A stretch of 64,000 bases of DNA from IMGVR_UViG_3300028864_000014:1-64000, one strand, 5' to 3'. Positions 36,161-47,175 are shown, counted from the first letter of the stretch. The notes: generated by a model not told the origin, from the sequence alone. A program made the numbers and translations.

Positions 36161-38191
36161 ATGGCGCATTATTCTGAAATGGATTTTTTATTTGACAGTG
36201 AAACAAATAGAAATTCAATCACACAGCAGTTAAATAATACAAGTGTTGGAAATACTCATAGCATTTTTAATTCTAAATATACGGTATATAAAAAGAATGA
36301 TAAAAGTGTTCTTGTTGCAGGAACCAATAAAATAAAAGCATATACACAGGAGAATATATATAATAATGAAAATAATAGTATAAATCCTTATGTTAAAATA
36401 TTAAAAGATCCTACATTTAATACACTTGCACCTAAACCAGGAGCAGGATTAAGATTGAAACCATCATATTTTGCTTATCTACGTGATTTAGGAGTATATC
36501 CTATTAATAGAATGGCTATTCTTAGAAGATATCCAGAAGGAGTTTTTGTACCTGAAAATTTGGGACTTATGAACGCTGAACCAGTATCTACTATAATTGG
36601 ATGGATTAAGCAAGATGATAATTTTGGAACCATAAATTTCAATGAAACTTGGGGAATTACAAACAAAAGATTTGATGAAAAAATAGCGGACATTGTTAAA
36701 AAAGTAACAAAAGTTGATATCGCTAACATTATACCTATACCAAGTTTTGCTCAAGGAATGTTATTTGAGATATACAAAAAAATGGGATTGACAGGAGCAG
36801 GAGTGAATGAGGAGGCTGATAATGGCTCACCAAATTATTGGGGACTTAATAATATACCAATAGGGGATCCTAATGTATTAAAAGAAGGACCTTTCAGAGA
36901 CCCAGAAACACAAAACATAAAATCATCTTTCAGTTTTGAGCTAATTACTGTATATGAGCAAAAATTGGTAGGTGAAGTTGATCCAGGTTCAGCAATGTTA
37001 GATATATTAGATAATATATATGCAATGGGCACATCAAATATGTCATTCTATTGGAGCGATTCATCAAAAATAATGCAAAAGGCAAAAGGTGCTGTAGATA
37101 AAAGAGGAAATAATTTAAGTGAATGGTGGGATTTAGTAGTGACAATAACAGAAAGTTTTTGGGAAACATTGAAAACATTATTCACAGAATTCACAACAGA
37201 AGCAACAGTGGCAGCAAAAACTTTATTAACAACAGAATCGACAAAAGATAAAAAAACTCAAGCAGAAAATGAAGCAGCCACAAAAAAAAGTCAAGAAAAT
37301 CGAGCAAAATATGTAGGATGGAAAGATAATGCATCTTCGAATAGAAACAAATATAAGAAAGGTACTCCAGACTATTTAAAATGGGACAAAAAATATAATG
37401 ATGATGTTGAAGCAATTAAAAAAATAGACAATGAAGGAAAAACAGATCCATTATCTGCAGCAAAACAAAGTGTCGAGACTAATAGTGCAACAGCTAAAGT
37501 TGCAGCATCTTCGTTATTGACTAAAATTGTTGGAGAAGGATTAAAAATAATTCAAACAATATTAACTAGTACTGTTGCAATTCACAGATTTGAACTTAGA
37601 GGGTCAATAGAATTGATGACTGGAGGTCAAGATAGTGCTGCGCCTTGGCATTTAACAATAGGAAATCCATATTCCCCTTGGTTAAATACAAGTCACATAA
37701 TAGTAAAAACATGTTCAGTTGAAACAAGCAATGAAATGGGATTCAATGATATGCCTCAAAGATTAACTGCAAAATTTCAATGCGAATTTTCTAGATCATT
37801 AGGTAAACAAGAATTAATGAGAATGTTTAATAATACATACAGAAGAGAATATTCATCAATTCCAACAACTCCAATTCAATATCAAGGAGAAGTCAAGCCA
37901 GAGGCTGATAAAATATATGATGGAGGTAGTCTACCAGAAATAGTTGTAACACCAGATACTAATATGCCTGGTAACACTTCGGTATTAGACCCATCAATAG
38001 AAAATTATATGCACAGTAAGGATGGAAATTGGTACACATACAAACAAAGAAAGGCAATGGCTGCAAAAGCAGGAATTCAAAACTATAGAGGAACTGCTGA
38101 GCAAAATACTCAATGGTTAGACTCTCTTAGGGCACAAGATAATGCTAATGGATTCGTTGATAAAGTTCAAAGTAATGATAACATAACTTAA
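36161..38191 (+). CDS. Baseplate/tail-associated protein with C-terminal cell-wall-binding-like motif
   Basis: First gene of the baseplate cluster; C-term RKAMAAKAGIQNYRGTAEQNTQWL. Confidence 0.6.
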   Translation: MAHYSEMDFLFDSETNRNSITQQLNNTSVGNTHSIFNSKYTVYKKNDKSVLVAGTNKIKAYTQENIYNNENNSINPYVKILKDPTFNTLAPKPGAGLRLKPSYFAYLRDLGVYPINRMAILRRYPEGVFVPENLGLMNAEPVSTIIGWIKQDDNFGTINFNETWGITNKRFDEKIADIVKKVTKVDIANIIPIPSFAQGMLFEIYKKMGLTGAGVNEEADNGSPNYWGLNNIPIGDPNVLKEGPFRDPETQNIKSSFSFELITVYEQKLVGEVDPGSAMLDILDNIYAMGTSNMSFYWSDSSKIMQKAKGAVDKRGNNLSEWWDLVVTITESFWETLKTLFTEFTTEATVAAKTLLTTESTKDKKTQAENEAATKKSQENRAKYVGWKDNASSNRNKYKKGTPDYLKWDKKYNDDVEAIKKIDNEGKTDPLSAAKQSVETNSATAKVAASSLLTKIVGEGLKIIQTILTSTVAIHRFELRGSIELMTGGQDSAAPWHLTIGNPYSPWLNTSHIIVKTCSVETSNEMGFNDMPQRLTAKFQCEFSRSLGKQELMRMFNNTYRREYSSIPTTPIQYQGEVKPEADKIYDGGSLPEIVVTPDTNMPGNTSVLDPSIENYMHSKDGNWYTYKQRKAMAAKAGIQNYRGTAEQNTQWLDSLRAQDNANGFVDKVQSNDNIT

Positions 38192-38204
38192 AATAATAAT
38201 TAAT

Positions 38205-38690
38205 ATGAAAATACTATCATTTGATAATAACGGAAATTATAGAATAAAAAGAGACTCTGATCAAAATAATCTTTTTGATATATTTCAAAAAAACATAGTC
38301 AATAATCTATCAATAGGCAAAAGAATATATATTGTACCTAGAGAATATGAAATGAGATTAGATAGAATATCTGAGCATCTATATGGATCTTCTGATTATG
38401 TAGAAGAGTTAATGATTCTAAATGATTTGATAAGTCCGTATTCTGTCAAAGAAGGACAATATATATATTTTTGTCAATATGAGGATTTGGTACAATTATA
38501 CACAACAGATGAGATACCAACTCAGCAAGACAAGGCAAGACAAGCATTAATAAACTCTATTCAAACAGATAGAAACAAAAAGAATTTATTTAATGATGCT
38601 AATTTACCAATATCAATAAAACCTACAATATTAAAGCAAGTTAGTGTAACAAATGACAACAAAATAAAAATAATAAATACCTTTGAATAA
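38205..38690 (+). CDS. gp53: Baseplate wedge protein, T4 gp53-like (LysM-like)
   Basis: MRLDRISEHLYGSSDYVEELMILNDLISP. Confidence 0.75.
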   Translation: MKILSFDNNGNYRIKRDSDQNNLFDIFQKNIVNNLSIGKRIYIVPREYEMRLDRISEHLYGSSDYVEELMILNDLISPYSVKEGQYIYFCQYEDLVQLYTTDEIPTQQDKARQALINSIQTDRNKKNLFNDANLPISIKPTILKQVSVTNDNKIKIINTFE

Positions 38691-38704
38691 AAAAATATTA
38701 AAAT

Positions 38705-40168
38705 ATGATACAAGTTATTGAAAAAGCTAAAATAAAAACAAAAGAATTGAATTTTCAATTATACGACAAAGCAGCAACAGATGTTTTTGTTCAATCTCTT
38801 GATTATGTGCCTCTTGTATTTATTAGTAAATTATTTGATACTAGTAATCCTCCACTAAATGGGACAACAATAGATCCAAGTGATATAATATCACTAAAAT
38901 TATTCAATGATAAATTCTTACCGTCAGTAGAATTATTTTGTGAGGATTCTCTTGGTGTCATATTCACAGATTTCTATCCTTTTGATCATGATACAATAAT
39001 AAGTGTATTTGTGAAATCTAGTTCGGAGCAGTTAATGCCATTAAGAATGGATTTTAGGTTAACAGAATTACAAACAATAAAATCTGATCCTGAATCTCAT
39101 GGATTACAATTTTTAATAAAAGGAATATTAGATGTAGATGATTTGCAATATTCAAATTATGAATCAATAAACGCTACTAGTTATCAAGCAATAAAACAAT
39201 TAGCTCTTAGAATGAATTTAGGATTTGCATCAAACATTGATGATAGTGCGGATTCAATGAAATGGATAAATCCAAGTGACGTCAATCAAGTATTCATAAA
39301 AGATATAACAAAATATTCTTATGTTTCAGACCAATCTTTTGTTTGGACATTTATTGATTTTTATTACAACTTGAATTACGTTGATGTTCAAGCAGAATTA
39401 AATAGTGTATTAAAAGATGAATCTCATAGTTTAGCAAATCCTCAATTAGAAAAAGTTCCACAAGAAAAAAATGTACTTTTATATTTGAGTAATAATGATG
39501 CTCTCAAAGGAACAAATCAATACTTTAGTAAATTTAATATTATGAATCAATCATATAGTATAAATTTAGAATTATGCTATCAAACATATTCGACTTGGTA
39601 CACAAAAAATTCCAACACTGTAACAAAGAAACTAATAACAGATTTAGAAACAGATGAAAATAAAGTAGGAAGTAAATTAAAAATATTAAAAGATAAGCAA
39701 TCACAAATATTCAATAATAATGTAAATGATGAATATTTCATTGGTAAAATGGATGATGAAAATGTTCATGAAAATTATAACTATGCTAAATTATCAAATG
39801 AATACAATCTAATTTCAATGGAAAGAATGAAATTAGTTCTAACATTAGATGTTATAAATTTTTCAATAAAAAGATTTCAAAATATTAAAGTAGAAGTTTT
39901 TAATATTAATGATTTATTTTCAAATAATGCGAACACAAAAAAACCATTAAATAACATAAACAATAAACTATCTGGATTTTGGTATGTAACAGGAATAAAT
40001 TACATATTTAAATACGAAGAAGGAGTAGAGCAAGAGATTACACTAATGAGAAGAGATCTTAATATAGATTATGGAAATGGAAACAATGAACAACACGATT
40101 TATCTGCAGCAGCTACATCAAATAATGCAGGAGGAACAACTGTCAGCACAGGACCAAAAACAAAATAA
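38705..40168 (+). CDS. Baseplate hub protein, T4 gp27-like
   Basis: Position between gp53 and gp5; LSGFWYVTGINY C-terminal motif. Confidence 0.6.
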   Translation: MIQVIEKAKIKTKELNFQLYDKAATDVFVQSLDYVPLVFISKLFDTSNPPLNGTTIDPSDIISLKLFNDKFLPSVELFCEDSLGVIFTDFYPFDHDTIISVFVKSSSEQLMPLRMDFRLTELQTIKSDPESHGLQFLIKGILDVDDLQYSNYESINATSYQAIKQLALRMNLGFASNIDDSADSMKWINPSDVNQVFIKDITKYSYVSDQSFVWTFIDFYYNLNYVDVQAELNSVLKDESHSLANPQLEKVPQEKNVLLYLSNNDALKGTNQYFSKFNIMNQSYSINLELCYQTYSTWYTKNSNTVTKKLITDLETDENKVGSKLKILKDKQSQIFNNNVNDEYFIGKMDDENVHENYNYAKLSNEYNLISMERMKLVLTLDVINFSIKRFQNIKVEVFNINDLFSNNANTKKPLNNINNKLSGFWYVTGINYIFKYEEGVEQEITLMRRDLNIDYGNGNNEQHDLSAAATSNNAGGTTVSTGPKTK

Positions 40169-40177
40169 TAATGAAAT

Positions 40178-41650
40178 ATGAGTATAGTTGGAATGATAAC
40201 AAGTGAAATTTTAGGTAATATTAATGATACCAGTAGTAACAGTGCAAAATACATTAAAGGGTATTCTGATCAATCTGCATTAGGACAATTATCTAATAGT
40301 ATGATAGGCAATTCCTTAGGATTAACTCAAGGACAAACTGATGCATATGATCCTAATCACATATCAGATGCAAAGCAAGAAGAATTTTGGTATACATCTG
40401 ATGATACAACTAAAAGTTTTGGTAGAGACGTACAAAAAAAATATGATTCTGATACTAACACATTCAAAAGATCATTAAATATAAAAGATGATGATTTCTA
40501 TTATGAAGATCCACTTATACCATCGTTTGAATTATTCTTTGAACAAAATTCTCCATTCTTTGTGGAAAATTATTCAATTGAGAATAGTTTTTCATCTTTT
40601 ATAAATAAATACACTAGCATAAGTTCAACAGATTACACAAATAGATTTAAACTTTGGCAAGAATTTAGAAACACATTTTTTAAAATATTCGAAAATACAT
40701 TAAACGGTAAATCGAACAGAAACATATCGGCCAAATCATATTATATAACAAAAATTGACGGAATTAATAATTTAAATAATAAAATGACTAAATATGGAGA
40801 AGATAAAATTACAATAACACTAAATGAAGATGTGTCTATGATAGGCTGGTATTTAGCTGAATTATATAATACTATGATTTATAGTTATAAGAATAAACGA
40901 CACATGTTTCCTGAGAATGTTTTGAGATTTAATATGATGATTCAAATAAATGATATGAGGAATTTTACTATTCCACAAAATAAATCTACATCATCTGATA
41001 ATACATCAATTAATACTAATAATATAAATAATGATGTTAAAAATATTGCATCAAGCAAGTCATCAATAATATATACATTAAATGATTGCAATTTTAATTT
41101 TTTTGAGAGTAGAAATTATGGTGATAGTATAGAAATAGGAGGATATGGCAATGGAGTATCAAATACGCCATCCACAATTTCTTTTGACATTTATTATAAA
41201 TCAGTAGAAAGATCAAGTAGTTTTCCATTAATTAAAAATAGTTATACCATTGAACCATATGAAGATATTATAGCATCAAATGGTAAATCTGATAATATTA
41301 GCAGTATAATGACTTATACCAAAGATTTGAAAGACATAGAAAGCAATAGTCCAATTCAATCTAAAGGATTTTTCAATAGTCTAATGACTAAAGCTGAAAC
41401 AACTATAAGTACAATAGGAAGCAACTATGTATCAAGTCTTGAAACAAAATTAAGAGAGTCAAGAGGATCAGCAGTAAATGGATTATTAAATCAATTCACT
41501 AAACTGACAGGCATAAATAAAATAGAGCCTGATAATGTTTATAACTCAGATTTTAACAACAGAACAAGTATAAAAAATCTTGGAAAAGAACTTGCTTCAG
41601 GATTATTAACAGATTTGATTGATGAAACAAAATCAGCTTTAAATTTTTAA
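40178..41650 (+). CDS. Tail-tube initiator-like (gp54/gp48-like) protein
   Basis: RFNMMIQINDMRNF, YTLNDCNF; context. Confidence 0.5.
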   Translation: MSIVGMITSEILGNINDTSSNSAKYIKGYSDQSALGQLSNSMIGNSLGLTQGQTDAYDPNHISDAKQEEFWYTSDDTTKSFGRDVQKKYDSDTNTFKRSLNIKDDDFYYEDPLIPSFELFFEQNSPFFVENYSIENSFSSFINKYTSISSTDYTNRFKLWQEFRNTFFKIFENTLNGKSNRNISAKSYYITKIDGINNLNNKMTKYGEDKITITLNEDVSMIGWYLAELYNTMIYSYKNKRHMFPENVLRFNMMIQINDMRNFTIPQNKSTSSDNTSINTNNINNDVKNIASSKSSIIYTLNDCNFNFFESRNYGDSIEIGGYGNGVSNTPSTISFDIYYKSVERSSSFPLIKNSYTIEPYEDIIASNGKSDNISSIMTYTKDLKDIESNSPIQSKGFFNSLMTKAETTISTIGSNYVSSLETKLRESRGSAVNGLLNQFTKLTGINKIEPDNVYNSDFNNRTSIKNLGKELASGLLTDLIDETKSALNF

Positions 41651-41667
41651 ATAAAATAATAAAATAA

Positions 41668-43512
41668 ATGGAATTATTAAGAGATTTTTACGTTGGAATA
41701 GTAGAAGAAAATATTGATTCAGCAAAAAAAGGTAGAATAAAAGTAAGAGTGCAAACATTATATCATGGAATTGATGTTAAAGATATTCCATGGGCTTATC
41801 CATTTGGAGATTTAAGTGGAAAAGAATTTTCTGTTCCAGCAATTGGTAAATTAGTTAATATTCTTTACTTATCAGATGATTTATATTCACCATATTATAT
41901 ATATTCAGAGAATAATAATATAAATTTACAAACTAGACTTAACGGGTTAAGTGATGATGAATATACAAGATTCACTGCATTATTATATGATGATAGAACA
42001 CAAATATATTCAGATGATACATCACTATCTCTTGATTATTATTATAATAAACTTTCATTAGAAAGAGATTCTATAAATTTAGAACTTAAAGACAATACTC
42101 AAACATTAAATTTAGGATCAAAAAACGCAGGTCAAGAAGCAGTATTAGGCACAAGATTTTTTGATTGGATGGATAAATTTATAAATGAATTTAGAAGCGT
42201 AACATCAATGATTGATAGTATTGGAGGACCACTAATAAAGACAAAACTTGATATGATATGTGATGAGTACACAGCGATAAGAGAAGATTTTGTATCAAGA
42301 AATGTTAAAATTGTTGATAATGGAGCTGTTAGTTCAGCGGAAAGACCATCAGAAACATTTAGTTCAGTAAATGACACTGATTTGATAATGCCAAATGATG
42401 CTGATTATGCAAACTTATTAAATCGTATAAATATGTTAAACTCCGCTGGATGTGAAGAATTAAAATCAAACACTGCAACAGATTATATACCAACAAGTTC
42501 AGAAATGGTTCTTCCATTATTAGGTGTTAGAGTATCATGTAGATTTGGACCAAGACAACTTAAAGGAGAAGGAGTGACATTTCATGCAGGATTAGATATA
42601 GCAGCACCAATAGGAACTGTTGTGGTAAGTTCATTTGACGGTATTGTAGTATCAGCATCATTTGATAGTCAATATGGAGGAGGAAACACAATTGTAATAA
42701 AACACACAAATGGTTTCAAAACTGGATATTGTCATTTGAGTAAAATGTTAGTCAATGCAAATTCAATTGTAAAAACAGGAAATCCAATAGGCTTAGTAGG
42801 AAACACTGGAGGACACACGACAGGACCACATTTACATTTCTCAGTAACTACTCCAGCAAATAAAAAAGTTGATCCCGAATTATATTTTGAATGGCCAGTA
42901 AGAAAAGGAGATGCTCAAAAAGGTTCAAATACAGGAAAAGGAGAATATAAAGGTAGTTCATATTCTGCATCATCATCAAGCATACCATGTGATGTAAACA
43001 ATAATATATCATTGGAAGATATATACGGCTCTCCTATAGTTATTGGTGATTCTGTTAGTGCAGAGTTAGCTAAAAAATCAGCAGATTCATATTTGGGTAG
43101 AAAAATGAGTGAAACAGAATGGAATATGTTAATAAGAGCGGTATACGCAGAAGCATCCCATAATACTGAAGAAAGAGCTTGGTGTATGGCTGTAATGTTA
43201 AATAGAGCTAGAACAAAAGGAGGATCAAATAGTGTATATTCTATATTGACAGCAAAAAATCAATTTCAATCTGTCACTGGAACAAATGCAAATGGACACA
43301 GACCAAGTAAAAATTTTACAGATGGTCCAAATGCTAAAAATCAAAAAAGTATATTTCAGTCTGCAATTTATATATTATCAAAAGTTCCTAAAAATATAGT
43401 AAAATTCACAGCAGCATCATCAAAAGCGTATGGAGCAGGAACTAATATTGGATATAGAAACAAATTACTTGCAAGTGGTGGAGTAACAATAGGCGGAACA
43501 GTATTTGCATAA
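41668..43512 (+). CDS. gp5: Baseplate spike gp5-like: OB fold + M23 peptidase + SleB-like cell wall hydrolase
   Basis: VGIVEEN.D...GRIKVRV; HAGLD, GYCHL, TGPHLHF; VYAEAS...AVMLNRA...NQFQ. Confidence 0.85.
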   Translation: MELLRDFYVGIVEENIDSAKKGRIKVRVQTLYHGIDVKDIPWAYPFGDLSGKEFSVPAIGKLVNILYLSDDLYSPYYIYSENNNINLQTRLNGLSDDEYTRFTALLYDDRTQIYSDDTSLSLDYYYNKLSLERDSINLELKDNTQTLNLGSKNAGQEAVLGTRFFDWMDKFINEFRSVTSMIDSIGGPLIKTKLDMICDEYTAIREDFVSRNVKIVDNGAVSSAERPSETFSSVNDTDLIMPNDADYANLLNRINMLNSAGCEELKSNTATDYIPTSSEMVLPLLGVRVSCRFGPRQLKGEGVTFHAGLDIAAPIGTVVVSSFDGIVVSASFDSQYGGGNTIVIKHTNGFKTGYCHLSKMLVNANSIVKTGNPIGLVGNTGGHTTGPHLHFSVTTPANKKVDPELYFEWPVRKGDAQKGSNTGKGEYKGSSYSASSSSIPCDVNNNISLEDIYGSPIVIGDSVSAELAKKSADSYLGRKMSETEWNMLIRAVYAEASHNTEERAWCMAVMLNRARTKGGSNSVYSILTAKNQFQSVTGTNANGHRPSKNFTDGPNAKNQKSIFQSAIYILSKVPKNIVKFTAASSKAYGAGTNIGYRNKLLASGGVTIGGTVFA

Positions 43513-43569
43513 AATCTATAAAACTTTTTTTATAAATATTTATATAACTCCATAAATAATTTTTTATAA

Positions 43570-44547
43570 ATGACAATATTTAAAAATAAAAAAATATTAA
43601 TCATAGGAGATGTTATGCTCGATTCTTATTTTTTTGGTAATGTTGATAGAATTTCACCAGAAGCACCTGTACCAATTGTAGATATAATAAAAAAAGAAAA
43701 TAAATTAGGCGGAGCTGCAAACGTAGCATACAACATAAAAAATCTTGGTGGTACTCCTATATTATGCTCAGTTATCGGTAAAGATAATAATGGAGATGCA
43801 ATATTATCTTTATTGAAAGAAAAAGAAATATCAACAAATTATATTATTCAATCTAGCATCAGAATAACTACAAACAAAACCAGAATAATTGGAAATAAAT
43901 GCCAAATTTTAAGAATAGATGAAGAAATAACTGAAGATTTAAATAATGAATCAGATAACCTAATTTCATTGGTTATCTCAACAATAGAAAATGAACATGT
44001 AGATTGCGTGTTATTTCAAGATTATGATAAAGGAGTATTAAATGAAAACATAATAAAAATTATAATCGAAAAAGCAAATTCATTAGGAATTTCTATATTA
44101 GTAGATCCTAAGAAAAAAAATTTCAACTATTACGAAAATATTAAACTATTCAAACCAAATTTTAAGGAATTCAAAGAAAGTATTAATTTAAATATATCAG
44201 ATAAAAATGAACTACTTAAAGAAGGATCCATTATACTTCATAATAAAGGAATAAATATTATATTTATTACACTATCAGAAAATGGTATATTTATTTCTTA
44301 TAAAAAAGAAGGTAAAATAATAAGTAAGATAATACCTACAACACAAAGAAACATAATTGATGTGTCTGGTGCTGGTGATTCTGTTATATCTGTTTTATCA
44401 ATGTTAATTAATGATATAGAAATAGAAGAGATAGCAAAAATTTCAAATTTAGCAGGAGGAATTGCATGTGAAAAAGTTGGAGTAGTTTCAATTGATAAAA
44501 ATAGATTACTAAATGAATATTATAATGATTCAAACAATACAAAATGA
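43570..44547 (+). CDS. hldE: Heptose-7-phosphate kinase (HldE/RfaE kinase domain, PfkB family)
   Basis: GDVMLD...RISPEAPVP, GGAANVA, DYDKG, KPN, DVSGAGD. Confidence 0.9.
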   Translation: MTIFKNKKILIIGDVMLDSYFFGNVDRISPEAPVPIVDIIKKENKLGGAANVAYNIKNLGGTPILCSVIGKDNNGDAILSLLKEKEISTNYIIQSSIRITTNKTRIIGNKCQILRIDEEITEDLNNESDNLISLVISTIENEHVDCVLFQDYDKGVLNENIIKIIIEKANSLGISILVDPKKKNFNYYENIKLFKPNFKEFKESINLNISDKNELLKEGSIILHNKGINIIFITLSENGIFISYKKEGKIISKIIPTTQRNIIDVSGAGDSVISVLSMLINDIEIEEIAKISNLAGGIACEKVGVVSIDKNRLLNEYYNDSNNTK

Positions 44548-44845
44548 AATATACAAATTATTAGATGATTTAATTATATCTGAAAATAATAGTAATTCAA
44601 GGTACATGATAAAATCTTATATATCTAATATTCTAAATAAAAATATATCTAATAACAATATAAATTTATATAAAGTTATATGCGATGAAACAAACAACAT
44701 AGAAATAGACTCCATATATATAGACGTTTATATTTTTATACATAATAGTAATTGCTCAACTGTAATTAGTTTTTTTAAAAATGTTAATAAAATAAGCAGA
44801 TTGAGAAAATTAAGAAAAGATAAGCTAAAAAAAATATACAAATGA
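44513..44845 (+). CDS. RKxK[IL] C-terminal family protein
   Basis: Ends LRKLRKDKLKKIYK. Confidence 0.65.
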   Translation: MNIIMIQTIQNEIYKLLDDLIISENNSNSRYMIKSYISNILNKNISNNNINLYKVICDETNNIEIDSIYIDVYIFIHNSNCSTVISFFKNVNKISRLRKLRKDKLKKIYK

Positions 44846-45042
44846 CAGCATCAGAACTTGATAATATAGCATATGGTTTATATTTAAAATATATAAATGA
44901 AATGTTGATAAATAAAAATATTGAGCACATAAAAATAGAAGAATTTATAAATTATAAAAAAATTTTCATATCTTTTTATAAAGATGCAAACATATTTTTA
45001 AGAAAAGAAAAAATAAATAACATAAATGAAAAATTATTATGA
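44842..45042 (+). CDS. RKxK[IL] C-terminal family protein
   Basis: Ends LRKEKINNINEKLL. Confidence 0.65.
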   Translation: MTASELDNIAYGLYLKYINEMLINKNIEHIKIEEFINYKKIFISFYKDANIFLRKEKINNINEKLL

Positions 45043-45316
45043 AGATGAAGAATCTGGATATGAAGATGAAGATGAATATGATGCAGAAAATAATCCAATA
45101 GAAGAAATTATAGATAAGTTGAATTTTTGTAGATTAGATTATTATAAACTTTACAAAAAAGATTTTAAAATTGCATCCATACGATTAAGACAGAATTTAG
45201 AATTTGTAATACAAACATCTAAACAACTAAAAAGGGATGCTCTTAAACACAGAAAAGAAATTGAAGAAAGACAAAGATTAGCAATAGAAGAAGCAAAAAA
45301 TGAAGGAATATTATAA
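45026..45316 (+). CDS. small helical protein, histone-H1-like (Hc1 N-domain) resemblance
   Basis: ASIRLRQNLEFVIQTSKQLKRDAL. Confidence 0.45.
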   Translation: MKNYYEDEESGYEDEDEYDAENNPIEEIIDKLNFCRLDYYKLYKKDFKIASIRLRQNLEFVIQTSKQLKRDALKHRKEIEERQRLAIEEAKNEGIL

Positions 45317-45822
45317 TGACAAATGAATGGCTTAAGATTAAAGTAATTAGAGATATAAAAAATATCAAAAGAAATCAAAAATTATCTGGTATGTCATTAT
45401 ACACAATAAGAGACAAATATAGCATAACTTCAAAATTTACTAAAGAATATAGAAATCTAATAGAATTGATAAACAACTCATTAATAAAATGTGATAATAC
45501 TAATATTTCAGAATCATATTTAAATAGTATTGATTTTGATTTATTCACAGAAGTATCAAAATTAAATAATGTAACAATAATAGACCAACCATCATTTATA
45601 TACGGTTCAATGAAAAATAATAATATAATTACACATCAAAGTAGTGTCATATCTTACGAAGGTGATCAATTAAATCACATAAAACATTCTAATAATAGTA
45701 TTTATCTATATCAGATAGAAAAAAATTATGCAAGATTCAAAGAAATGAGTGATAATAAATTCTTCAAAATTAATATAAAAAATAAATTAAATAATTTAAG
45801 AATCAATGATAGTTTAATCTAA
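45316..45822 (+). CDS. hypothetical protein
   Basis: 168-aa ORF. Confidence 0.6.
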   Translation: MTNEWLKIKVIRDIKNIKRNQKLSGMSLYTIRDKYSITSKFTKEYRNLIELINNSLIKCDNTNISESYLNSIDFDLFTEVSKLNNVTIIDQPSFIYGSMKNNNIITHQSSVISYEGDQLNHIKHSNNSIYLYQIEKNYARFKEMSDNKFFKINIKNKLNNLRINDSLI

Positions 45823-46263
45823 TGTATTGGTATTTGACAATTTTTCATAGTAATCAGGACTAAATATATCTTTACCTTCCAAAATATATTTTAGGTAATT
45901 CTTATCAGGTAATATATTTTTTCTAACCATAGATGAATTAGCAACATAAATTAATGCTCTAACTTTTTCGTCATCACAAAAAACATCAATTTCTTCTCTT
46001 GTATAATGCATGGGATGTCCTTCAAATTTATCTATTCTTTTAATATCAGACTCTTCAATCTCATATAACGCACCTTCGACAATATCATCATCAGATGGAA
46101 TAACATTAGCAAATCCTAAATAACAATTTTTCTTAGATACTTTATTAAAAACTAATTTATAATTTTCTAACGTTGCGAATTTTCTTGATGAAAAATTAAT
46201 ATTTCTTTCATTTTTCATTCTATACTCAGATATATTACTACCATATGCAAAATATTTTATCAT
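45814..46263 (-). CDS. Gamma-glutamylcyclotransferase (GGCT/AIG2-like)
   Basis: YFAYGSN, YKLVF, VEGALYEI, IDKFEG. Confidence 0.88.
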   Translation of the reverse strand: MIKYFAYGSNISEYRMKNERNINFSSRKFATLENYKLVFNKVSKKNCYLGFANVIPSDDDIVEGALYEIEESDIKRIDKFEGHPMHYTREEIDVFCDDEKVRALIYVANSSMVRKNILPDKNYLKYILEGKDIFSPDYYEKLSNTNTLD

Positions 46264-46367
46264 TATTACTTAATTATTTTTTTTATATATTAAAAAATAT
46301 CAGTTCAATGAATATGAATAAACAATTCATTTTTTTTATAATACAAAAAATAAAATAATATCATATA

Positions 46368-46802
46368 ATGAGCACAACAATTAACAATATAGATTTTGAT
46401 ATCACAAATCTAAAAATAACAAACAACTCATTACCAATACAATTTAGTGGTGGGAGACTACAACATTATACCAATATGCAAAGTTCTACAATAGAAATGA
46501 CAGCAACAACATCATTAAATAACTTCGAAAAATTAAAAGATTGGTGCTTCAGTGATCAATATAATTATAAATCAGTTCATAAAGTTAATACTGATTACAA
46601 CGGTAGAATATTAAATGGAGTATTTCCTGTAAAATTTGAAATTAATCAAGATTACAATTTAATAGAAACTGATTTCTCTGTTGACTATGTATATTATGAT
46701 GATGATTTAATTAAAGCAATAAGAAAGAAGGAAGAAAGAAAGAAAAGAAAAGATAAGATAAATAAATTAAATCATATTTGTGAATTAAGTAATAAAATTT
46801 AA
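46368..46802 (+). CDS. RKxK[IL] C-terminal family protein
   Basis: Ends RKKRKDKINKLNHICELSNKI. Confidence 0.65.
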   Translation: MSTTINNIDFDITNLKITNNSLPIQFSGGRLQHYTNMQSSTIEMTATTSLNNFEKLKDWCFSDQYNYKSVHKVNTDYNGRILNGVFPVKFEINQDYNLIETDFSVDYVYYDDDLIKAIRKKEERKKRKDKINKLNHICELSNKI

Positions 46803-46809
46803 TATTTAT

Positions 46810-47175
46810 ATGCTAGTTTCAAACAAAATAAATTTCAAAAAATATATCATAAATATAAAAATATATGATATGTTATTCAAATTATCAGATATTATATTTT
46901 ATGGTGATTACATAAAAATATCAGCAACAACATCTAATGAAAATTATAAATTTATAAGCAATTTATTAGATTATAGCATCAATTCTCACATAAAAAAACA
47001 AGATGTGACAATATATAAAGACACAAAAATACTTGGTATTTCTATAATAGATTTTGATTTCAACCAATGGAATATGAATGTTGAATTCAATGCTGAACGC
47101 ATAATAGGTGATATCGAAAACAGCTTAATTCAGTTAGAAAGAAAAGAAAAAATTAAAAAAATAAATAATATATGA
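46810..47175 (+). CDS. RKxK[IL] C-terminal family protein
   Basis: Ends ERKEKIKKINNI. Confidence 0.65.
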   Translation: MLVSNKINFKKYIINIKIYDMLFKLSDIIFYGDYIKISATTSNENYKFISNLLDYSINSHIKKQDVTIYKDTKILGISIIDFDFNQWNMNVEFNAERIIGDIENSLIQLERKEKIKKINNI

